64,000 bases of DNA from sequence record DRR378314_606. One strand, written 5' to 3'. Positions 19,177 through 27,086 of this stretch are shown one piece after another. Position 1 is the first letter of the stretch, and every line of letters begins with the position of its first letter. Under the pieces are notes generated by a model. It was given only the letters and a program-made list of their open reading frames with translations, made no database searches and was not told where the DNA came from. The translations under genes and the position numbers were made by a program.

Positions 19177-21975
19177 ATGGCAATACCTTTTAATATAAGG
19201 AGTATATATAGATTCTTTTGGATTTTGACCATTTTATTTTTGGGTTCATGTAATGACTCATCAAAGACTGAGATAAGTTTTAATAAGGATGTTCGCCCAA
19301 TCTTAAATAGCAAATGTCTAAGATGTCACGGAGGAGTGAAAGCCAATGGCGAGTTTAGTTTGTTATTTGAGGAAGATGCCTTTAGTAAAACGCAATCTGG
19401 CAAAGCGGCCATTGTACGGGGGAATCATGAAAAAAGTGAACTCTACAGAAGATTGGTGTCCAAAGACCCGGAAATTAGGATGCCTTATGAATCTCCAGAA
19501 CTCTCCCAAGAAGAAATCGATATTTTGGGCAAGTGGATCGATCAGGGGGCAAAATGGGAAAAACACTGGGCTTATATTCCCCCTATAGAAAATATTGTAC
19601 CCCCTGTGGTAGCCGATAGTGGTTGGGCCAAGAATCCAATCGATCAATTTATATTTTCCAAGTTAAATGAAAAGGGATTATCTCCTTCAATAAAGGCGGA
19701 TAAGAACACCTTGATGAGAAGGATTTATTTAGACCTTACGGGATTACCGCCGACCATTGAAGAGGCCGAAGCCTTTTTAGGGGATAATTCTCCCAAGGCT
19801 TATGAAAATTTAGTAGATCATTTGCTGGGGTCTTCCCATTTCGGGGAAAGATGGGCTAGTATGTGGTTAGATCTGGCACGGTATGCAGATTCCAAAGGAT
19901 TTGAAAAGGATACCAACAGGGAAATATGGAAATTTCGGGATTGGGTAATAGCGGCTTTTAATAATGACATGCCCTTTAATCAGTTTTCCATTGAACAATT
20001 GGCAGGGGATCTGCTTCCTGAGCCCACCGAGGACCAGTTGATCGCCACGGCCTTCCATAGGAATACACTTGCTAATGATGAGGGTGGAACGGATAACGAA
20101 GAATTTAGGGTGGCCTCTGTTGTGGAAAGGGTAGCAACTACCTATGAAGTCTGGCAGGGAACTACCATGGCCTGCGTCCAATGCCATAGTCACCCTTACG
20201 ACCCTTTCAGGCACGAGGAGTTTTATGAATCCATGGCTTTTTTTAACAATGCGGTCGATGACGATTCTTATTTTGAAAAGCCTAAACTTTTTACTTATTC
20301 CAAGGAGAATAAAAAGGAAGTGGAAAATCTTTTGGAATACATTAATGGGCATTTGCTCCCCAGTGACGGGCAAGTGACAAAGTCACGTTTCTTATACGAT
20401 CAAAAAGAGGCCTTGTTAACGCATTTGGGCTATCGTTTCACGGAAGCTGAAGCATTTGATAATACCAGTCCCTTTATAGAGTTGGATGGAGGTTTAAATT
20501 TCTTATGGCAGATTCAGGATAGTTCATGGGCGAGTTACAATGATATTGATTTAAGAAAAGTTAATAAAATGGGCTTTTTGGTGTCTGCCTCGCTAAAATA
20601 TGCAGGTGATATATCAATTCATTTGGATTCTCTAAATGGAAGAAAAATTGGTCAAGTCCGAATAAACAGTACCGAAGATTCCAAACTCGAGGAACACGGG
20701 TTGAAAATTAAGGAGGTTAGTACCCAAATTCCTGAAATTACAGGTAAACACGATGTTTTTTTGCAATTTCATAAAGGCGAAAGTTTTGAGGGGCATCTTT
20801 TCTATTTGGATAAGATCTTCTATTATGAAAAAGAACCTCTTTTTGAGAATCATGACAAGGAATTTAAGCAAAAATTGGAGCAACTTGCCCAAATCCCAAC
20901 TACAAGTACACCTATAATTCAAGAATTGGAAAAAGATAAAGCTCGTAAAACCTATGTTTTTGATCGGGGCAGCTGGCAAAATTTAGGGGAAGAAGTGCAA
21001 GTAGGAATTCCGAATATTTATGCTGTGGATGAATCCAAGGAGCCTAGCAATAGGTTGGAATTTGCCAAGTGGATGGTAAGTGATAAAAATCCTCTATCTG
21101 CCCGCGTTGCAGTAAATCGTTTTTGGGAACAAATTTTTGGAAGGGGTTTGGTGGAATCTATGGAGGAATTTGGTTCACAGGGAAAAAATCCAAGTCATCC
21201 GGAGCTGTTGGATTGGATGGCTGTAAAATTCATGAAAGAATACAATTGGAAGGTAAAACCCTTGTTGCGCGACTTTGTCCTTTCGGCTACCTATCAACAA
21301 TCATCAGATGCAAGCACAGAACGGTTAGAATTGGACCCCAGTAATAGCTGGCTTTCAAGAGGATCTCGTAAACGTCTTTCCGCGGAGCAGATTCGGGATG
21401 AAATTTTGTTAGTGAGCGGCTTGTTGAATAAAACGATCGGGGGACCAAGTGTCATAAATTCAGATGTTGAAATTGCAGGCGGGTGGAACACTCTTCCGGA
21501 TTATGTCATAAAGGGGGATGAAGCCAAGTATAGGCGTTCGCTATATACCTTTTGGAAACGGGTGAACCCACCAATGAACATGATCGTCTTCGATAGTCCG
21601 GATAGGTCGGCTTGTGTTTCAAGTCGGGTACTGACCAATACACCCTTACAGGCCCTTAGTTTACTTAACGACAAAACTTTCTTTGAGGCATCCCAATTAT
21701 TGGCAAAACAAATGTTCGAGGCGGATAATCAATTGGAGAATCAAATTAAATTTGGGTATTTTAAGGTGATGGGAAAAAATCTGAACGGGGAAAAATTGAA
21801 GCACTTGACCCAGCTTTATAATGAGGCTCTAATGCATTATGAAAATAGTAGGGATAATTTGGAGTTCCCTGATGTGGCGTTGCAGTATTCAGGAAAAAAG
21901 AAGCCAATGTTGGCCGCACTTACCATGGTGGCCAACGTATTCCTAAATCTGGATGAATTTATTGTAAAAGGATAA
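19177..21975 (+). CDS. Planctomycete-type cytochrome c / DUF1549 / DUF1553 (PSD1) lipoprotein with CBM6-like insert
   Basis: Lipobox LGSC; ISFNKDVRPIL..KCLRCHG; NPIDQFI, RRIYLDLTGLPP, WLDLARYADS, ACVQCHSHPYDP; NPLSARVAVNRFW, PSHPELLDW, TNTPLQAL. Start could be 19117 or 19177. Confidence 0.9.
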   Translation: MAIPFNIRSIYRFFWILTILFLGSCNDSSKTEISFNKDVRPILNSKCLRCHGGVKANGEFSLLFEEDAFSKTQSGKAAIVRGNHEKSELYRRLVSKDPEIRMPYESPELSQEEIDILGKWIDQGAKWEKHWAYIPPIENIVPPVVADSGWAKNPIDQFIFSKLNEKGLSPSIKADKNTLMRRIYLDLTGLPPTIEEAEAFLGDNSPKAYENLVDHLLGSSHFGERWASMWLDLARYADSKGFEKDTNREIWKFRDWVIAAFNNDMPFNQFSIEQLAGDLLPEPTEDQLIATAFHRNTLANDEGGTDNEEFRVASVVERVATTYEVWQGTTMACVQCHSHPYDPFRHEEFYESMAFFNNAVDDDSYFEKPKLFTYSKENKKEVENLLEYINGHLLPSDGQVTKSRFLYDQKEALLTHLGYRFTEAEAFDNTSPFIELDGGLNFLWQIQDSSWASYNDIDLRKVNKMGFLVSASLKYAGDISIHLDSLNGRKIGQVRINSTEDSKLEEHGLKIKEVSTQIPEITGKHDVFLQFHKGESFEGHLFYLDKIFYYEKEPLFENHDKEFKQKLEQLAQIPTTSTPIIQELEKDKARKTYVFDRGSWQNLGEEVQVGIPNIYAVDESKEPSNRLEFAKWMVSDKNPLSARVAVNRFWEQIFGRGLVESMEEFGSQGKNPSHPELLDWMAVKFMKEYNWKVKPLLRDFVLSATYQQSSDASTERLELDPSNSWLSRGSRKRLSAEQIRDEILLVSGLLNKTIGGPSVINSDVEIAGGWNTLPDYVIKGDEAKYRRSLYTFWKRVNPPMNMIVFDSPDRSACVSSRVLTNTPLQALSLLNDKTFFEASQLLAKQMFEADNQLENQIKFGYFKVMGKNLNGEKLKHLTQLYNEALMHYENSRDNLEFPDVALQYSGKKKPMLAALTMVANVFLNLDEFIVKG

Positions 21976-21984
21976 TATATTATT

Positions 21985-23442
21985 ATGGATATTTTCAATG
22001 AGGCACATTATCGAGAGAGCGAATATAATACCCGTAGGCACTTTTTAAAGAATTGCATTTCCGGTATGGGAGCCTTAACCCTCGGTTCTATGCTGGGCGG
22101 GGATTTGTTTGCCAATAATTTGCCCGCACCAATGGCGGGTAATGGCAGCCCACATTTTTTACCCAAGGCAAAGCATGTGATCTATTTGCACATGGCAGGG
22201 GCACCATCGCAATTGGAGCTTTTTGATCATAAGCCTGTTCTAAATAAATTAAATGGACAGGATTGCCCTCCATCCTTGTTGGAAGGTAAGCGATTTGCGT
22301 TTATCAGGGGTACTCCTAAAATGCTTGGATCGCAGGCTACTTTTAAACAATACGGGGAATCCCGAACATGGATATCCAATTATTTGCCAAAATTTGCCAG
22401 CGTAGTTGATGAAATTAGTTTCCTAAAGGCAGTTTCCACGGAAGAATTTAATCATGCCCCGGCACAGTTCTTAATGCAAACGGGCTCACCAAGACAAGGT
22501 AGGCCTTCATTGGGAAGTTGGGCAACTTACGGGCTGGGTTCGTCCAATGAAAACCTGCCCGGTTTTATTGTTTTACTTTCCGGAGGGGTGGTCACCGGGG
22601 GGAAACGTCTTTGGGGAAGTGGATTTTTACCTACCGTATATCAAGGCGTACAATGTCAGTCAAAAGGGCCTGCGGTCAGGAATCTACAAAACCCTAAAGG
22701 CGTGGACGCAAAATTGAGAAAACAAACTGTTAACGCTATAAATAAAATAAATGAACAGGAGTATCAAGAATCCCGTGATCCTGAAATTCTAACGCGAATG
22801 TCACAATATGAGTTGGCGTTTAAAATGCAAACTTCGGTACCCGGTGTTATGAGTATTGATGATGAACCAGATTATATTAAAAATCTATATGGTGTAACTC
22901 CTGGGGAAGGTTCCTTTGCGAATAATTGCCTTCTAGCTAGAAGGTTGGTAGAAAATGGGGTGCGGTTTGTTCAGCTTTATGATGAAGGTTGGGACACCCA
23001 TGGGGTAGGACCTGGTAGTGGGGTAGATGTTGGACTAAAGGATAAATGTAGCCGTATTGATCAAAGTATGACAGCACTGCTGATGGATTTAAAACAAAGA
23101 GGGCTTTTAGAAGAAACCCTAATTGTTTGGGGAGGGGAGTTTGGTAGAACTCCAATGATGGAGGCTAGATCGGGTCAAGGTTTCTTTGGGCGGGACCATC
23201 ATGGAGAGGCCTTTACTATGTGGATGGCCGGAGGAGGTATTAAAAAAGGATTTTCTTTTGGCGAAACAGATGAAATAGGCTATTCGGGAATCAGGGGCAA
23301 GGTGCATGTCCATGATATACAAGCAACAATTCTTAACCAATTGGGGTTAGACCATGAAAGGCTAACATACCATTTTCAAGGAAGGGATTTTAGACTAACA
23401 GATGTAAGCGGCAACGTAATAAAGGATATTTTAACACAGTAG
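21985..23442 (+). CDS. DUF1501 domain protein with Tat signal
   Basis: TRRHFLK; AKHVIYLHMAGAPSQLELFDHKP, CLLARRLVENGVRFVQL, GWDTH, WGGEFGRTP, GRDHH, GRDFRLTDV. Confidence 0.92.
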   Translation: MDIFNEAHYRESEYNTRRHFLKNCISGMGALTLGSMLGGDLFANNLPAPMAGNGSPHFLPKAKHVIYLHMAGAPSQLELFDHKPVLNKLNGQDCPPSLLEGKRFAFIRGTPKMLGSQATFKQYGESRTWISNYLPKFASVVDEISFLKAVSTEEFNHAPAQFLMQTGSPRQGRPSLGSWATYGLGSSNENLPGFIVLLSGGVVTGGKRLWGSGFLPTVYQGVQCQSKGPAVRNLQNPKGVDAKLRKQTVNAINKINEQEYQESRDPEILTRMSQYELAFKMQTSVPGVMSIDDEPDYIKNLYGVTPGEGSFANNCLLARRLVENGVRFVQLYDEGWDTHGVGPGSGVDVGLKDKCSRIDQSMTALLMDLKQRGLLEETLIVWGGEFGRTPMMEARSGQGFFGRDHHGEAFTMWMAGGGIKKGFSFGETDEIGYSGIRGKVHVHDIQATILNQLGLDHERLTYHFQGRDFRLTDVSGNVIKDILTQ

Positions 23443-23450
23443 TATTAATT

Positions 23451-24818
23451 ATGGAATTGGATTTATTTCTTGGGCGCTTTCACCCTTTATTGGTACACTT
23501 GCCAATCGGGTTTATTGTATTGACCGTGGTTATTGAAATTATTGGCCTGTTTAAGAAAGATAGGAAGATTTACGATCGTATTGTTCAATACTCACTAATA
23601 GCCGTAATGGTGTCAGGGCTTATTACTATTGCCACGGGACTTTTTCTCTCCCAAGGAGGTGACTACGATGCGGATACCCTTTGGCAACATAAGTGGCTTG
23701 GGATAGGGGTGGTCATATTTTCTGCCTTGGCCTACGTGCTTAAAATTAAAGTCCGTACGTATAATAACAGGCAATCTATTTTTATTTCGTCCATATTAAT
23801 AATCCTTGTTGGCTTAACTGGACACCAAGGGGGAGTACTTACCCATGGTCAAGATTATCTTCTTGCCTATTCCCCGGATGTGATAAAGAATCTTGCTGGG
23901 ATCGAATTGGCAAATTCAGAAAAAGGAATCCAACAAAAGAATCAAGACTCTGTTCTTATTTATCAGGATATTATTCAACCTATGTTTGAACAAAAATGTA
24001 CCTCATGCCATAATAATGAGAAACAAAAGGGAAATCTTAATCTTATGGTGTATAAGAATTTATTTGCCGAGGCGGAAAGTGGATATCCCATTGTACAAAG
24101 CGTTCTAGTGGAGAGTGAACTATTTAAGCGCGTAAGTTTACCGTTGAACAATAAAAAATTTATGCCTACAAAGGGAAAACCTTTAAGTTATAGTGAAATA
24201 AAAATTCTTGAATATTGGATAAATATGGGAGCGGATAGCCTGGCAGTCTTCGACCATAAAAATATGACCCCAGAATTATTGCAATTAATGATCCGGGATT
24301 ATAATTTGGACTATAACCCCAAACCTTATATATCAACTATCATTGTTAATGAGGTTGAGCAACAAAAAGTAGATATTTTGATTGAAAATGGATTTACGGT
24401 CAATAGGTTGGGGGAAGATAATTTTTTGTTGGATGTGAGTTATGATGGGGACTTATTAAGTTTGGAACAAATTAATTTTTTGAAGCAAATAGCCGATAAT
24501 ATTACATTTCTAAATCTGTCCGATTGTGGACTATCAGATCAGTTGCTGGCCGAATTGCCAGAACTAAGAAATTTGACTAAAATAGATTTACATTCAAACC
24601 CTATTTCAGATAATGCTCTGCAACATTTGCAAAAGTATAGGCACCTGGAAGTGGTTAATCTTTATGATACACAAGTTTCCAACTTGGGGTTAAAAATATT
24701 GTTGGATCTTGATTCCTTGAAAAGGCTGTATTTGTGGAAAACCAAGGTAACCCAGCAGATGGTGGATGAAAGTAGTAACAATTCAAATGTTTTGATCGAC
24801 CTTGGCGGTGCCATCTAA
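23451..24818 (+). CDS. DUF2231 membrane domain + planctomycete cytochrome c + leucine-rich repeats
   Basis: GRFHPLLVHLPIG, HKWLG, TGHQGGVLTHG; IQPMFEQKCTSCH; LRR repeats LTKIDLHSNPISD, LEVVNLYDTQVS, LKRLYLWKTKVT. Confidence 0.88.
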   Translation: MELDLFLGRFHPLLVHLPIGFIVLTVVIEIIGLFKKDRKIYDRIVQYSLIAVMVSGLITIATGLFLSQGGDYDADTLWQHKWLGIGVVIFSALAYVLKIKVRTYNNRQSIFISSILIILVGLTGHQGGVLTHGQDYLLAYSPDVIKNLAGIELANSEKGIQQKNQDSVLIYQDIIQPMFEQKCTSCHNNEKQKGNLNLMVYKNLFAEAESGYPIVQSVLVESELFKRVSLPLNNKKFMPTKGKPLSYSEIKILEYWINMGADSLAVFDHKNMTPELLQLMIRDYNLDYNPKPYISTIIVNEVEQQKVDILIENGFTVNRLGEDNFLLDVSYDGDLLSLEQINFLKQIADNITFLNLSDCGLSDQLLAELPELRNLTKIDLHSNPISDNALQHLQKYRHLEVVNLYDTQVSNLGLKILLDLDSLKRLYLWKTKVTQQMVDESSNNSNVLIDLGGAI

Positions 24819-24862
24819 GTTTGTTATTGACTAATAGAAATAGTTAGTGTATTGTGCCCTTA

Positions 24863-26740
24863 TTAAGGAATATCGAGGAATTCCAATCTACGCATTACCT
24901 CTGAATCCTCGGCAACCACTTTGGATATCTTATCCAGCTCAATATTAAAATTATAGCCGTAATCACTAGAATTCATCAACACGATCGAATTTAGGATCAG
25001 CAGGGCTTCACTTGGTTTTTCTGAAGTGTACAAAGCGTTTGTCATTACCGAGGATGGGTCCAATTTCTTTACGATACCCAGGAATTCGGCGGCACGCACT
25101 TTGTTGATCAGCTCCGGGTCATCGGATGAGATTTCCCTTATTGTTGTCTCCATACCAATAGCCTGTTCCCCAAAAGAACTGCAAACAATTATGGCCCAAT
25201 ATCTTTCCCAGGGATCGGATGAGTCCAAGGCTTGGGATATAGAATTTTCTGCCTCCCTAAAGTTCAAAAGGCCTAGATCGGCAATTTCTATATATTTTTC
25301 AATTTCCTTTTTGTGTTTTTGTCCAAAGGCCACCGGGTTGTAAAACGCCTCTCTGATCAGATGGTGTTCAGGGTAGAAAGAAAGATCTGGCATTCCTTTT
25401 ACCCAAGTGTTGAGTCTGTTTCGCAGGTCCAATAGTGTAGCCTTATGTTCTGGATCATTGGCCAGATTTTTGGTTTCATAGGGGTCGGCTTCAATATCAA
25501 AAAGCATTTCTGGCGTACGATCTTCAAAAAAGGCCGACTGTATTTCGTTGAGCTCTCCCGTGTCATATAGGGTCTGCCATTCCTTATAGGCCAATTGCTT
25601 GTAACGATAATTGTTCATTAAGCCATCAAAATTAAAGGGCTGATAATTTCTAATGTATTTATACTTCCCTTTTCGTAAGGCCCTTACCATATCATATTTT
25701 TCGTCGAACCTATCGGCATAACTATAGGTCTCATCCCGTGAGTTTAACTCTTCAGCATTTATATCCTTGCCTAAAAAGGCCTTTCCATCTATTTCTTTGG
25801 GTATATCTATGCCTGCAAGGTTTAATACTGTTGGTGCCAAATTAATAAAGCTTACAAAACCGTTTACGGAGCTGCCAACAGGACTATTTACAAGGTGTTT
25901 GTATTTTTCGGGAACGTGGACTACCATGGGAACGTGGAGTCCCGTTTCATAGAGGTAACCCTTGCTTCCCGGTAGTACACCTCCATGGTCCCCATAGTAA
26001 AAAATGAAGGTATCATCCAAGCGGCCATCTTCCTTTAGTTCCTTGATTATTTCCCCAACCTGGCGGTCCATTTCCCTGATTTTGTCGCGGTATAGGGCAT
26101 TGGTGTATTTAAATAAATCAGTATTGGGGTGGTTGGGTTGAATTTCAAAAGAGTTTTGAGCCGTTTCAGGAGTGTTGGTTTCCATGTCTTCGGCAGAAAA
26201 GTGCATACTGGATTCATGAGAGACCCCAATATTAAAAACATGGAAAAAAGGTTGATTTTCACCCCTGTTTCTCCAACTTGCCTTCTTTGAAGACTCGTCC
26301 CAAACTCCTTCGGTTTTGTTTATATTATAATCTTCCTTGCTATTATTGGTAGTGTAATAACCAGCCTCCCTTAGATAGGCAGGAAACATTTTTAGTGAAT
26401 CGGGCATGGGGACAGTAGCGATCTTTCTATGAAATTGAGCTCCTATACGTGGTCCGTAGCAACCGGATATAATCGCGGACCGAGCAACACTGCAGACCGG
26501 GGCATTGGAAAATGCACGATTAAATATCAGGCCATGTTCTGCCAAGGATTCAATATTCGGGGTGGCAATACCATTCTCGTCAAAAAGCTTTAGATAGTGT
26601 TTGGAATTATCCTCAGAAGTGATCCATACAATATTGGGACGTTGTTCTTCTGTCCGGTGGGATTCACAACTAAAAATGGTTAAGGCACCAATAAATAAAA
26701 TAAGGTACTTGAAAAGTATTCTAGGGTTAAACTTTAACAT
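24863..26740 (-). CDS. S1 sulfatase lipoprotein with C-terminal helical (HEAT-like) extension
   Basis: Lipobox IFSC, PNIVWITSED, APVCSVARSAIISG, YYGDHGG, GKYKYIRNY. Confidence 0.88.
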   Translation of the reverse strand: MLKFNPRILFKYLILFIGALTIFSCESHRTEEQRPNIVWITSEDNSKHYLKLFDENGIATPNIESLAEHGLIFNRAFSNAPVCSVARSAIISGCYGPRIGAQFHRKIATVPMPDSLKMFPAYLREAGYYTTNNSKEDYNINKTEGVWDESSKKASWRNRGENQPFFHVFNIGVSHESSMHFSAEDMETNTPETAQNSFEIQPNHPNTDLFKYTNALYRDKIREMDRQVGEIIKELKEDGRLDDTFIFYYGDHGGVLPGSKGYLYETGLHVPMVVHVPEKYKHLVNSPVGSSVNGFVSFINLAPTVLNLAGIDIPKEIDGKAFLGKDINAEELNSRDETYSYADRFDEKYDMVRALRKGKYKYIRNYQPFNFDGLMNNYRYKQLAYKEWQTLYDTGELNEIQSAFFEDRTPEMLFDIEADPYETKNLANDPEHKATLLDLRNRLNTWVKGMPDLSFYPEHHLIREAFYNPVAFGQKHKKEIEKYIEIADLGLLNFREAENSISQALDSSDPWERYWAIIVCSSFGEQAIGMETTIREISSDDPELINKVRAAEFLGIVKKLDPSSVMTNALYTSEKPSEALLILNSIVLMNSSDYGYNFNIELDKISKVVAEDSEVMRRLEFLDIP

Positions 26741-27086
26741 TGTTATATGGGTTGGTTTTTTGGTAGGATATTACTGAAATAGGTTTGATAACGAAGGTAT
26801 AAAGATAGTAAATCTTCTACACCTGAATAAATGTATTTATAGAAACTCTGGCCAGTGGGGCCATATGCCATAAGTCTTTTAATAAAGCGGATATGCTATA
26901 TTTTTAATATTGTAGACCTATTATCTTCATTGGAAGTATTTACCTGCCGTTTGTAGAATTGATACCTTATCTTAATAGGAAGGCTAGTTAAATAGTCTAA
27001 AGACAAAAATACATTGGTATAGGATTAAATGTGTGTAGATATTCCTTGGTTTTAGCCTTAGCTTTATTTTCTATAAATAATCAATC

